From: Acidimicrobiia bacterium
GTDB taxonomy: Bacteria; Actinomycetota; Acidimicrobiia; Spongiisociales; ZC4RG35
Length of the DNA: 63,350 nucleotides
NCBI GenBank assembly: GCA_041591895.1
Contig: JBFHRE010000002.1
Span: 1 to 63,350, forward strand
Reading direction: 5' to 3'
Part shown: in pieces, positions 37,272-46,899 of the stretch
Position numbering within the stretch: the first letter of the stretch is position 1
Layout of the letters: every line of letters starts with the position of its first letter
Made by a program: the position numbers and the translations under genes
The notes under the pieces: model-generated
Database searches by the model: none
Told to the model about the DNA's origin: nothing
The model's input: only the letters and a program-made list of their open reading frames with translations

Positions 37272-38900
37272 TCACTCGACCGACACCAGATAGGGATAGA
37301 GCGGCTGGCCGCCGTCGACCACGTTGACCTCCAGCCGCGGATACAGCTCCGCCAACCAGGCGGTGAGGGCCTTGGTCGTAGACATGGTGGATCCCTCGCC
37401 GACATACAGGGTGAGCAACTCGGCCCCCGGCGGCAGGATCGCGGCCACCAAACCGCGGAGCGCCGCCTCGAGATCGGCGTCGGCCACCAGAATCGAGCCG
37501 TCGGCGATTCCGATCCATTCACCCTGTTTGATCGGTCCGAAGTCGATCACCGCGTCCCGAACGGCTCTCGTGACCTCGCCATCCACGACGGATGACGCGG
37601 CAGCCGCCATGTCGTCGACCGTGCCTCCCAGATTGGTCGTACCCGGGTCGTATCCGAACATCGCCGCGATGCCCTGTTGCACGCTCCGGGTCGGCACCAC
37701 GACCACCTGTTTCGTGGACAGGGCGTTGAGCTGCTCGGCAACCGGCACGATGTTCTTGTTGTTGGGCAGCACGACCACGGTGTCGGCTGGCACGGCGTCG
37801 ACGACCGCGAGCAGGTCGTCGGTGGACGGGTTCATGGTCTGTCCGCCAACCACCATTCCCTGAACCCCCAATTGCCTGAAGATCTCGATGATTCCAGACC
37901 CCGTTGCCACGGCAACCACCCCGATGACGGCCCGCGCTGCGTCCTCGGTCGGATCGAAACCGTATCCAGTGGCGTGAGCGCCCGCCTGCTCGGTGAGGTC
38001 GGTGACTCGAATGTCGTACGGACGTCCGACAGCGATACCGGCCTCGATCGAAGCGCCGATGTCGTCGGTGTGGATGTGGCAGTTCCAGACCCCATCCCCG
38101 CCCACCACGACGATGGAGTCGCCCACCGTCTCCCATCGGCCGCGGAACCGGTCCACAGCTTCGTCGTCGGTCTCGAGGAAGAACATCACCTCGTAACGGA
38201 GGTCGGCGATCTCGTCACCACCGTCCAGGGCGGCCAGATCGGCCTTCGCCTCCAGCAGATCGAGCGGTATCGGAGCACTCGAGCCGCTGGCGATCTCGAG
38301 GAACGAGGACAGGAGCAGGAGGAAGCCCGCTCCCCCGGCATCCACCACTCCGGCCTGTTTGAGCACCGGCAACAGATCCGGGGTCGATCGCAACGCAGAC
38401 ACGGCCTCCTCGTGTGCCCGGCCGAGATACACCTCGAGTTCTCCCTCCGGGTGGGTCTCCGACGCCTGGCGGATCACGGTCAGGATCGTCCCCTCGATCG
38501 GGCGGCTCACCGCCTTGTAGGCGGCTCGCGCCGCCTCGATCAGGGCTTTGGACATCGCTTCGGTGTCGACCTCGCCCGCGGCCCTGAAGCAATCACAGAG
38601 TCCCCTCAGGATCTGTGACAGGATGACCCCGCTGTTGCCCCGTGCCCCCATCAGGGAACCGTGGGCGATTCCGGCCGCCACTTCGTCCATGGTCTGGGCA
38701 GCCTCGATCGCCGAGCGAACCGAACCGATGGTGAGCGCCATGTTGGTCCCGGTGTCGCCGTCGGGGACCGGGTACACGTTCAACCCGTTGAGCGCGTCCC
38801 GATAGCGCCCGAGATGATCGTGGTACCGCTCGACCACCGATTTGATGTCGTTGGCTGACAACCCCATGGTGACGGCGAGTATATGAACCACCCTTGTCAC
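37272..38900 (-). CDS. yloV: DAK2-domain fusion protein YloV
   Basis: VYPVPDGDTGTNM motif and a C-terminal DegV-like half. The start is either GTG 38900 or ATG 38867. Confidence 0.85.
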   Translation of the reverse strand: MTRVVHILAVTMGLSANDIKSVVERYHDHLGRYRDALNGLNVYPVPDGDTGTNMALTIGSVRSAIEAAQTMDEVAAGIAHGSLMGARGNSGVILSQILRGLCDCFRAAGEVDTEAMSKALIEAARAAYKAVSRPIEGTILTVIRQASETHPEGELEVYLGRAHEEAVSALRSTPDLLPVLKQAGVVDAGGAGFLLLLSSFLEIASGSSAPIPLDLLEAKADLAALDGGDEIADLRYEVMFFLETDDEAVDRFRGRWETVGDSIVVVGGDGVWNCHIHTDDIGASIEAGIAVGRPYDIRVTDLTEQAGAHATGYGFDPTEDAARAVIGVVAVATGSGIIEIFRQLGVQGMVVGGQTMNPSTDDLLAVVDAVPADTVVVLPNNKNIVPVAEQLNALSTKQVVVVPTRSVQQGIAAMFGYDPGTTNLGGTVDDMAAAASSVVDGEVTRAVRDAVIDFGPIKQGEWIGIADGSILVADADLEAALRGLVAAILPPGAELLTLYVGEGSTMSTTKALTAWLAELYPRLEVNVVDGGQPLYPYLVSVE

Positions 38901-39007
38901 CGCGGGAGGACTCCCGGACCCCGGGTCCGGGGATCACGGGATTCGTTCCTGGGGTGTCGGTCTGATATCCTCCGGCCCGGATTCCACCCTCTCAGGAGCT
39001 TTTCGTC

Positions 39008-39196
39008 ATGTCGTACCGCTGCGAGATCTGTGGCAAGGAGCCGAGCTACGGCAAGTCGGTCACCTTCTCCCACAAGCGCAACAACCGTCGCTGGCTTCCC
39101 AACATCCAGCGGGTTCGGGTCCGTCACGGATCCAACACCCGCCGCGCCCGGGTGTGCACGTCGTGCATCCGCGCCGGCAAGGTCGAAAAGGCCTGA
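39008..39196 (+). CDS. rpmB: 50S ribosomal protein L28 (Cys-containing form)
   Basis: [38 protein letters not shown]....[16 protein letters not shown]. Confidence 0.9.
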   Translation: MSYRCEICGKEPSYGKSVTFSHKRNNRRWLPNIQRVRVRHGSNTRRARVCTSCIRAGKVEKA

Positions 39197-39201
39197 GTCC
39201 G

Positions 39202-39423
39202 GTGTCGGTCACCCAGGGCGTCGTCAAGACCTACGACCCCACCACCGGAGTCGGAGTCGTGGTCCGCGACGACGACCAGGCAGAGGTGTTTCTCCGACCC
39301 GGCTCTCTGGAAGGCTCGATCTTCCGCCTGCTCCGGCAGGGACAGCGCATCCTCTTCGACGTAGTGAGCGATTCAGGCAGCGAGTACGCCGCCAATATCC
39401 GGGTCGGCCAGGACGGCTACTAG
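39202..39423 (+). CDS. small cold-shock-domain-like (OB fold) protein
   Basis: GTG 39202 lies 5 nt after the rpmB stop. GVVKTYDPTTGVGVVVRDDDQAEVFL......F..L..GQRILFDV parallels the CSD pattern GxVKWF..EKGFGFI..DG.DVFVH. Confidence 0.5.
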   Translation: MSVTQGVVKTYDPTTGVGVVVRDDDQAEVFLRPGSLEGSIFRLLRQGQRILFDVVSDSGSEYAANIRVGQDGY

Positions 39424-39528
39424 CCCAGCGGGCGATCGGAACCGTGGCAGTCGAGCAACCTGCCGGCCAGGCATTCGGAACGGCAGTCAGGGTAGTATCG
39501 AGCACTTCCCAGCATCGGAGTTGATCAC

Positions 39529-39762
39529 ATGGTCCAGGCATACGTGCTCATCCAGACCGAGGTCGGCAAGGCGGCGACCGTGGCGGAGTCCGTCAGACTG
39601 ATCGAAGGCGTAGAAGCAGCCGACGATGTGACCGGACCCTACGACGTCATCGTCAAGGCGTCGGCGTCGGATGTCGACCAACTGGGCCGCCTGGTCGTGG
39701 CCAAGATCCAGTCGATCGACGGCATCACCCGCACCCTCACCTGCCCGGTCGTCAACCTCTGA
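39529..39762 (+). CDS. stand-alone Lrp/AsnC ligand-binding (RAM) domain protein
   Basis: 77 aa, MVQAYVLIQTEVGKAATVAESVRLIEGVEAADDVTGPYDVIVKA, typical of AsnC_trans_reg domain-only proteins. GGAG lies upstream. Confidence 0.7.
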   Translation: MVQAYVLIQTEVGKAATVAESVRLIEGVEAADDVTGPYDVIVKASASDVDQLGRLVVAKIQSIDGITRTLTCPVVNL

Positions 39763-39794
39763 TCCGATTCGACGGGAGTCAGGCCGGCTTCCAG

Positions 39795-40868
39795 TCAGGC
39801 CAGCTTGGACGCCACCGTTCCGGCGCTCCGGAGCGCAGTGCCGTCGGCTCCGGTGAGCGCGAAACGGCGCGGTGGCTCCGCGAGCGCTTCGACGATCATC
39901 CCGGCCAGGAGTTCCGACCGCGTCACCGGTGGATCGATCCAGAGGTAGACGGCGAGACTGCCCGGGATCGTGTTGACCTCGTTCACCCACAGCTCGCCGT
40001 CTTTCTCGAGGAAGTCGATCCGGGCCAGCGATCGGAGACCCGTCACCGTGGTGACCGCAACCGCCAGGTCCCGGAGGCGGGCTTCGAGATCCGGTTCGAG
40101 GGGGGCCGGCAGCTTGCGGGCGATTCGGCCTCCCGCGTCACCCCACGCCAGGTACTTCTGCTCATAGCTGTACAGCCCGCTGCCGGATTGAATCGGCTCT
40201 TCGATGGCCGACAACTCGATCTTCGGATGGGTTCGTACAGCCACCTGGAGGTCGCGGCATGCCGGCAAGAACGGCTCGACGACTGCACCCTGCCGCAAGT
40301 GGGGTGAGGTCTCCAACAGGCGGAACGCCGTCTCGACGTCTTCGACGATCTCGATCCCGATCGAGCTTCCCCCGAATCGGGGTTTGACGATCAGGCGCCC
40401 ACCGATTCCCGGATCGACGTCCGGGATCAGCAATTTGCGCGGTAGCGCCGGGAGGCCGGCAGCCGTGACTGCGGCGGAGAACAGCAGCTTGTCCATGCCG
40501 AGTGCGGATGCGAGTTGGCCGGGCCCGGTGTACCGCATCTGAGCGAGATCCATCGCGCCCTGGATCGTTCCGTCCTCGCCGGGACCGCCATGACAGCAAT
40601 TGACGACGACCGAGATGTCGAGCGGCTTCTTCTTCTGCACGAAACCCTGACCCGGTTCGGCCACGAAATTGAGCGTCTTCGACTTGCGGGGTACGCCGTC
40701 GGCGAAGTCGACCGCTTCCGCATTCGGGTCCACGAGGTGAAAGCCGCCCTGCTTGTCCCAATAGATCGCGTGGACGTCGCCCAGCGAGTGGGTGGCTTGA
40801 AGTCCGGTGAGGATGGAGATGTCGTGCTCAGAGGACATGCCCCCGAAGAGCACCGCGGTTTTCGCCAT
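39795..40868 (-). CDS. ddl: D-alanine--D-alanine ligase
   Basis: MAKTAVLFGGMSSEHDISILTG N-terminus, ATP-grasp motifs, C-terminal ARIDFL......WVNEVNTIPG. Confidence 0.9.
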   Translation of the reverse strand: MAKTAVLFGGMSSEHDISILTGLQATHSLGDVHAIYWDKQGGFHLVDPNAEAVDFADGVPRKSKTLNFVAEPGQGFVQKKKPLDISVVVNCCHGGPGEDGTIQGAMDLAQMRYTGPGQLASALGMDKLLFSAAVTAAGLPALPRKLLIPDVDPGIGGRLIVKPRFGGSSIGIEIVEDVETAFRLLETSPHLRQGAVVEPFLPACRDLQVAVRTHPKIELSAIEEPIQSGSGLYSYEQKYLAWGDAGGRIARKLPAPLEPDLEARLRDLAVAVTTVTGLRSLARIDFLEKDGELWVNEVNTIPGSLAVYLWIDPPVTRSELLAGMIVEALAEPPRRFALTGADGTALRSAGTVASKLA

Positions 40869-40870
40869 GG

Positions 40871-42367
40871 TCAGAGATAGTGGTCGGGAAGGTCGTTCTC
40901 GTAGAGGACCGCGTCGCCCGCCGTCAGATGCGTGCGCACCCACTCGACGGCCGACTCACGGTCGGGAACGACGATAACCGAGGCGAGCCCGGCTGCCGTT
41001 GCACCGTCGACCAGTGCCTTGCGGTTGGTCCTACCCACCACCACCAGGTCGGTGATCCGTCCGGCGATGTCTGTGATCAGTCGCCGGTTCTCTTCGGATT
41101 GAATCGGGCCGAGTTCGACCATCCCGGGTGTCACCAGCACTTTTCGACCTGATCCTGCTCCCAGCAGATCGACGGCCGCCCGAGCCCCCGCCGGATTCGA
41201 GTTGAACGTGTCATCGACCACGGTCACACCGGACTCGGTCACCGTCACGGTCGATCGATGCGGGGTCGGCGGAATCGAAGCCACCCGGTCGATCACATGT
41301 CGCGGATCGAAGCCGAGCGCCACGACCGCCCCCAACGCGCATGCGAGGTTGCCGGGGTGCACGCCGGGAACCGAGACACTCCCGATCAGTTCGCCGGCCA
41401 CGCGGATCTCACCACCCGAACGGACATATACGTCGGCGTCGGCATCCTGATTCGACACGCGGATGACCTCGATTCGGGGCGACTCTTCGTCGGCGATTCG
41501 GGCCAGATGGGGATTGTCGATGTGGAGCACACCCGAGGAAGCACCCTCGAGGATCTCGCGCTTGGCGGCGGCAATGGCATCCAGGGACCCCATCCGCTCC
41601 AGGTGGACGGGACCTATCGCCGTCATCACCGCCACCTCTGGGCGCACCCATCGACACATCTCCCGGATCTCGCCAGGCCCATAGGTGCCCATCTCCGCCA
41701 CGAAGATCTCGGTTCCCGCAGCGAGATGTTCGTTCACGGCGCGCGCCAGCCCCATCGTGTTGTTGAAACTGGCGGGGGAAGCCACGGTTGGAGCCACACC
41801 ATTCAACAGGTGGGCCAGGGCGACCTTGGTCGACGTCTTCCCGTATGACCCGGTGATGGCCACAGTCCTCGGACCGGCCCGCCGCAGACCGGCCTCGGCC
41901 TTGGCCACCCAGCCTGCACTCAACCGGCCCTCGACCGGCTTCATGACCGCCGCAGCCAGATCGACGACGACCGGCATCAACAATGGGAGAAGCCAGGCCG
42001 CCGATTCGTATCCGGTGACCGCCCACACTCCCACTGCCAGCAACACGAAGCCGGCAAGCGCCAGACGTATCAACCTCGGCGTCCATGCCAGCCGCGATGT
42101 GCGACCCCGCCATGAGAGGCCCCACGGGCCGACGCTCACGACCGCGGCTGCGGCGGCGCCGGACCACGGGTTCGCCGTGAGGATCGCAGCAGACCCGAGG
42201 GCCACGCCCGCGATCAGCAGCAGCGGGTTGAAGGAACTCGCCCACCATCGCAAGGCGAAACGGGTTGCCGACCCGGCCAGGTAATGCTCACGCTGCGCCA
42301 CCCTCAGCCAGCGGAGCGCTCCGAGCGCCGCCAGTACGGACGCTACTGCGACCGCCAGCGTGGTCAC
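40871..42367 (-). CDS. MurF-like Mur ligase with polytopic membrane N-terminal region
   Basis: GTG 42367 overlaps the hydrolase stop (GTGA). About 140 aa with 4-5 hydrophobic helices. Then ITGSYGKTSTK P-loop, EMGTYGPGEIREMCRWVRPEVAVMTAIGPVHLERMGS, DDTFNSNPAGARAA, TPGMVELG. Confidence 0.75.
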   Translation of the reverse strand: MTTLAVAVASVLAALGALRWLRVAQREHYLAGSATRFALRWWASSFNPLLLIAGVALGSAAILTANPWSGAAAAAVVSVGPWGLSWRGRTSRLAWTPRLIRLALAGFVLLAVGVWAVTGYESAAWLLPLLMPVVVDLAAAVMKPVEGRLSAGWVAKAEAGLRRAGPRTVAITGSYGKTSTKVALAHLLNGVAPTVASPASFNNTMGLARAVNEHLAAGTEIFVAEMGTYGPGEIREMCRWVRPEVAVMTAIGPVHLERMGSLDAIAAAKREILEGASSGVLHIDNPHLARIADEESPRIEVIRVSNQDADADVYVRSGGEIRVAGELIGSVSVPGVHPGNLACALGAVVALGFDPRHVIDRVASIPPTPHRSTVTVTESGVTVVDDTFNSNPAGARAAVDLLGAGSGRKVLVTPGMVELGPIQSEENRRLITDIAGRITDLVVVGRTNRKALVDGATAAGLASVIVVPDRESAVEWVRTHLTAGDAVLYENDLPDHYL

Positions 42368-43179
42368 GTCGACGGCTCCCCGGTCAGCGCCCGCTTCAGC
42401 ACCGCCGGATGCGTGACGGGCAGCATGTGGCCCGCGTCCGCCACCACTTCGAGAGTCACCGGCACGGACCGCGCCTCCAATCGCTCGGCGACCAGTTCCG
42501 CCACTGCGGGCCTGACCTCGGTGTCGAGCCCGCCCCAGATCAGATGGACCGGATCCTCGACGCGCTCCAACTCGCCGTCGTAGGTCTCGTTGACCACCTT
42601 CACCATGACATCCCGCATGACGCCGGTTGCGTTGCGGTAATCGGCCGATCCCCGATTGCGGCGGATCTGCTCCATCCGGCGATCGGACAACAACGACAGC
42701 CGGTGGGCGAGACGGGCTACCCGGAAGCCCAATGGGGGGCGAGCGGGTGCGGAGAGGCGGATCAGAGGTACCCCGGTGAGGACCAGACGTGAGGCGTGAC
42801 CGGTCACCGCCAAGTGGAGGCCGATCCGCCCACCGAATGAGTGTCCGAGCACCACCGGAGGCGTGGCAAACTCTTCCAGCACGGGTCCGAGGAGCCCTGC
42901 ATAGTCGGCCGAGCCGATCGCATCCGGAGGAGGTGGACTGGCACCGAATCCGGGCAAATCGACTGCCAACGCATCCAGCCCGTGCAGCACCGCATCGAAA
43001 TCGGCGGCCGATCTGGCCCAACCGTGCAGTGCGAGGATCGTGGGTGGTCCGTCGCCATAACGCCGTCCGTAGATCGGCCCGTTGCCGAACGCTCGCAGCG
43101 CGGTCAAGAAATCCCCGGTCGTGACATGAAGGCGATAGAGAATACAGTGACTAGCCGTGGCTCTACGCGAAGCCTTCAA
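42364..43179 (-). CDS. alpha/beta-fold hydrolase
   Basis: ILALHGW....DF, nucleophile elbow GHSFGG, C-terminal AGHM. Start uncertain: TTG 43179 overlaps the divergent kinase gene, and TTG 43107 is an alternative. Confidence 0.7.
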   Translation of the reverse strand: MKASRRATASHCILYRLHVTTGDFLTALRAFGNGPIYGRRYGDGPPTILALHGWARSAADFDAVLHGLDALAVDLPGFGASPPPPDAIGSADYAGLLGPVLEEFATPPVVLGHSFGGRIGLHLAVTGHASRLVLTGVPLIRLSAPARPPLGFRVARLAHRLSLLSDRRMEQIRRNRGSADYRNATGVMRDVMVKVVNETYDGELERVEDPVHLIWGGLDTEVRPAVAELVAERLEARSVPVTLEVVADAGHMLPVTHPAVLKRALTGEPST

Positions 43180-45067
43180 ATCCGCTCCTCACGATGCCAC
43201 CGAACCGCTGATCCGGTTCCGGGCCGCTGCGCTGCGCCGCAGCGTGCTGTTCGCATGGGTGATCGTCGTCGTCGTGACAGCCCAGGCGGTCAGCCGGGGC
43301 GTGGTGACCGACCGCCAATTCCTCCTGGTTGTGGGAGTGTTCGTGGTGATCCTGGCCGGAGCCACCTCCGCCAACTGGACCGAGGTGCTGGCGGCCAGCA
43401 GGGGAAAGTGGGCCGCCACGGTCTGGATCGTGTTCATGGTGGTGACCCTCGGGGCCCTGTCGGCCCACGACGGGCTCTTCAACGTCTCGATCCCGATCTT
43501 CTCAGGAATCGCAGTCCTCAGTGGTCTGGTGCTCGATCCGGTCCGTCACGGCATCGTCTCGTTGCTCTCCGTGGTGATGATCGGCAACGCCGCCGCACAG
43601 GCAGGCGAACGCCCCTCCGACATCGTGGTGCCGATCATCACTATTGCGGTCGTGGCGGCCGCCACTGCGCTCATCAGCACCGAGTTCGACCGGGAAGCTC
43701 GCCTGGGCGAGCGGCGCCTCCAGCAGTTGCAGCGCCAGCAGGCCGACTTCGAGCGGCTGTACGCGGTTTCGGCCACTCTGGCCGGCTCCGAGAGCCTCGC
43801 CGAAGGGCTGCCGCAGATCGTCGGAACGATCTGCCGTTACCTGTCGGCTCAGGTCGGCCTGGTGTTCCTCTATCACCCCGAGGACCACACGCTCAGGGTG
43901 ATGAGCCCGGTCTGGGTCAACGGCCATACGCTCGAAGTCGACGCAATCCGGATGCGAGTCGCCGAAGGGGGCATCGTCGCCCAGGTGTTCCGCTCCGGCC
44001 GCTCGATCTTGCTCGACAAGGTCCACCTCAACCCCGAGTCGTACGGGATCATCGGTGAGCTCGGTGTCCGCCAGGCGATGATCGCTCCCCTGAAGGTGGA
44101 GGGATACAACGTGGGGGCGATCGCTGTGGGCGATCCGACCGCGAGCCCGTTCGAGGAGCGCCAGCTCGACGACCTGGGTTCCCTCGCCGCCCCGGCGGCC
44201 CTGGTGCTCTCACAGCTCGGGCGGTACGAAGCCGCCGCCGAGACCACCCGCAGGATGCAAGAAGTCGCGCAGATGAAGACGGACTTCGTCTCCGTGGTGA
44301 GTCACGAGCTGCGCACCCCGCTCACCTCGATCATCGGCTCTCTGGCGACCCTCGGCCGCGAGGGGCTCGGTCCGGAGACGAGAGCCGAACTGCTCGGTTC
44401 GGCTCGACGCCAGGCGGATCGCCTCCAGCGCCTCATCGAGGACCTGCTGATGATCTCCCGGATCGACCGCAAGCAGGTTCCGGTCAAGCTGGAAGAGATC
44501 CCCGTGCGGGAGTTCCTGGACGAGATCTCTCGAACGGTCAGCGGGATCAAGCAGCTATCGGTGTCGGTCAAGCCGCCCGACCTCGTCATCTACGCCGACC
44601 AGGACCACCTCGGACGGGTGTTCATCAACCTTGTGGAGAACGCCGCCAAGTACGCCCTCGGGAGTCCGGTCGAGCTCGTAGCCCGCGCCGTGCGTTCCCG
44701 GGTCGACATCGACGTCATCGACCACGGCGACGGCATTCCTCTCGACCAGGTGAGCAAGGTGTTCGAGGCGTTCACCCAGCTCGAGCGCTCCGACACCCGA
44801 ACCAAGGGTGGAACCGGACTGGGGTTATCGGTCGTCAAAGGCCTCGTCGAGGCCATGAACGGGCAGGTTTCGGTCTCCGAAACCCCGGGCGGAGGGGCCA
44901 CGTTCACGGTCAGCTTGCCCCCGGCCACGGTGGCGAGCAAAGAGCCGGCGTTCTCGGACGAGCCCTACGACGGTCCGTTCGAGCGCCCCGACCCACCGCC
45001 CCAGCCGCGAGGCGACCTCGGCGTGGACGGTGGAGGCGAGGACTACGTCGCCTCGTTCCCGTCCTGA
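43157..45067 (+). CDS. membrane GAF-domain sensor histidine kinase
   Basis: About 5 N-terminal TM helices, a GAF-like region, H-box VVSHELRTPLTSIIG, N-box NLVENAAKYA, G-boxes DHGDGIP and GGTGLGLSVV. Confidence 0.85.
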   Translation: MALREAFKSAPHDATEPLIRFRAAALRRSVLFAWVIVVVVTAQAVSRGVVTDRQFLLVVGVFVVILAGATSANWTEVLAASRGKWAATVWIVFMVVTLGALSAHDGLFNVSIPIFSGIAVLSGLVLDPVRHGIVSLLSVVMIGNAAAQAGERPSDIVVPIITIAVVAAATALISTEFDREARLGERRLQQLQRQQADFERLYAVSATLAGSESLAEGLPQIVGTICRYLSAQVGLVFLYHPEDHTLRVMSPVWVNGHTLEVDAIRMRVAEGGIVAQVFRSGRSILLDKVHLNPESYGIIGELGVRQAMIAPLKVEGYNVGAIAVGDPTASPFEERQLDDLGSLAAPAALVLSQLGRYEAAAETTRRMQEVAQMKTDFVSVVSHELRTPLTSIIGSLATLGREGLGPETRAELLGSARRQADRLQRLIEDLLMISRIDRKQVPVKLEEIPVREFLDEISRTVSGIKQLSVSVKPPDLVIYADQDHLGRVFINLVENAAKYALGSPVELVARAVRSRVDIDVIDHGDGIPLDQVSKVFEAFTQLERSDTRTKGGTGLGLSVVKGLVEAMNGQVSVSETPGGGATFTVSLPPATVASKEPAFSDEPYDGPFERPDPPPQPRGDLGVDGGGEDYVASFPS

Positions 45068-45843
45068 CCGCCACCGGCGGCGATGGCATGGAACCCCCCG
45101 TCGACGTGCACGATCTCTCCCGACGTCATCTTGGACCAGTCCGATAGCAGCACGCACACCATCCTCGCCACCGGGTCCGGGTCGTCCAGATTCCATCCGA
45201 GAGGTGCTCGGTCGTTCCACGTGTCGTGGAAGATCTCGAAGCCGGGAATCGACTTTGCCGCCACCGTGCTGAGAGGCCCTGCAGAAACTGCATTCACGCG
45301 GATGTCATATGCACCGAGATCGCGGGCGAGGTAGCGGGTGACCGACTGGAGTGCGGACTTGGCGACACCCATCCAGTCGTAGGCGGGCCAGGCCTGGGTG
45401 TTGTCGAAGTCCAGGGTGACGAGAGCCCCACCGCCGGCGGCCTGCATCAGAGGAAGTAATGCAACGGCGAGGGTCTTGTACGAAAACGCCGACGTCATGA
45501 AGGCGGTGGCAGCCGACTCGGCAGGGGTGTTGAGGAAGTTGCCCCCCAAAGCATCTCCGGGCGCAAACGCTATGGCATGGAGCGCGCCGTCGATGGCGCC
45601 CCACGTCTGATCGATGTGACCGACCAGACCGGCGATGTGCTCAGGGTCGTTGATGTCCAGTTCCAGCACCTCGATGTCGGTGGAAAGTCGCTGGACCGAG
45701 CGTTCGGTCAGCCGCAGACCACGACCGAATCCGGTGCACACGATGGACGCCCCCTCTTCCAACGCGATCCGGGCCGTGTGCCACGCGATCGAGTCGTCCG
45801 TGAGGATTCCTGTGATCAGCAGTCGCTTGCCTGCGAGCAGCAT
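45043..45843 (-). CDS. fabI: enoyl-ACP reductase (NADH), FabI/InhA type
   Basis: MLLAGKRLLITGILTDDSIAWH..., YDWMGVAKSALQS (Tyr/Lys catalytic region), RVNAVSAGP. Confidence 0.9.
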   Translation of the reverse strand: MLLAGKRLLITGILTDDSIAWHTARIALEEGASIVCTGFGRGLRLTERSVQRLSTDIEVLELDINDPEHIAGLVGHIDQTWGAIDGALHAIAFAPGDALGGNFLNTPAESAATAFMTSAFSYKTLAVALLPLMQAAGGGALVTLDFDNTQAWPAYDWMGVAKSALQSVTRYLARDLGAYDIRVNAVSAGPLSTVAAKSIPGFEIFHDTWNDRAPLGWNLDDPDPVARMVCVLLSDWSKMTSGEIVHVDGGFHAIAAGGGQDGNEAT

Positions 45844-45853
45844 CGTCGTCTCC

Positions 45854-46276
45854 TTATCCGCCGAAACTCTGACCGATGTTCCCGATCGCCCGGATCCCGA
45901 CTCCCATCAGGAAGAGGGCGAGCAATCCGTACGACAGCGCCGCCCGCCTCGCCAGTTGGGCCCGGTAGATGTACGCGAAGGCGAGAGTGAACATCAAGAC
46001 CACGCCGTAGAAGACATGGATGTTGCCCGGTTGCCGGTCCTCCACCGAGAACCCGTACAGGCCGAGCCCGACCTGAATCAAGATCGCCGCCATCCCGATG
46101 CCCAAGAGGATGAAGAATGTTCGACCCGGCTCGCGACGGGAGATGGCGATGGCGATACCGAGCAACCCCACGACGCCGAGGTAACCCGCGACCCACCATC
46201 CGGCCAGCCGATGGATTTCGATCAGGTCGACCCCGCCGATCTGGGCGATGAGGGCGATCGGTGATGGGCCGGCCAT
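45854..46276 (-). CDS. small four-helix membrane protein, hypothetical
   Basis: 140 aa with four hydrophobic segments. 10 nt upstream of fabI on the same strand. Confidence 0.5.
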   Translation of the reverse strand: MAGPSPIALIAQIGGVDLIEIHRLAGWWVAGYLGVVGLLGIAIAISRREPGRTFFILLGIGMAAILIQVGLGLYGFSVEDRQPGNIHVFYGVVLMFTLAFAYIYRAQLARRAALSYGLLALFLMGVGIRAIGNIGQSFGG

Positions 46277-46413
46277 GGCGGCGACATTAGTGGGTCGGAC
46301 CGTCGACGTTCGGGCCGTGAGAGCGAGTCCCGAGAAGCTCCGGCGTTCTTCGAGGTGCGACGCTGACGGGTCGGCTGTTTCCGCGACTCAACGGTGTCCC
46401 GGAATCCAGCGGA

Positions 46414-46692
46414 TCAGGGGATTTCGACCAACTGACCCGACGTCAGGTCGACCACGTACTCCTTGGAGGAGCGGGAGTCCGCGATCCACTCTGCGAGGTC
46501 GGCTCCTTCTCGCTTGACGACCCACCAGGCGTAGTCGTCCGATCCGGTAGCCTCGAAGGCCTTCCAGGCCACCCGCCCCTGGACCAGGGCTTCGGCGGCC
46601 GAGTCGAACCGACCGAGCGTTCTCTGTTCCGGGGCCGACCCAGGACGATCCCTACGCTCCCTGTGCTCAACCACCTCATACATGTGGCCCAA
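46414..46692 (-). CDS. hypothetical small soluble protein
   Basis: 92-aa ORF with protein-like composition (..AAEALVQGRVAWKAFEATGSDDYAWWVVKREGADLAEWIADS..). No family recognised. Confidence 0.45.
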   Translation of the reverse strand: MGHMYEVVEHRERRDRPGSAPEQRTLGRFDSAAEALVQGRVAWKAFEATGSDDYAWWVVKREGADLAEWIADSRSSKEYVVDLTSGQLVEIP

Positions 46693-46899
46693 CCCCCGTT
46701 GTTCTCCGACCCTGGCGATTCCGACTCGGCCTGGCGATCCCGTTCTTCGTCTTCCGGATCGCGTCGCCGGACCCTCGACATTCTACCTGGGTCGTTCGAC
46801 CTAGTGGAGCCTTGAATCGGCTGGGACCACGTCGTAGAGCCGCAGACGAGCCCAGCAGGTCAACTCCGCTACATCGGCCCGTAAGATCGGCCCGGTCGT

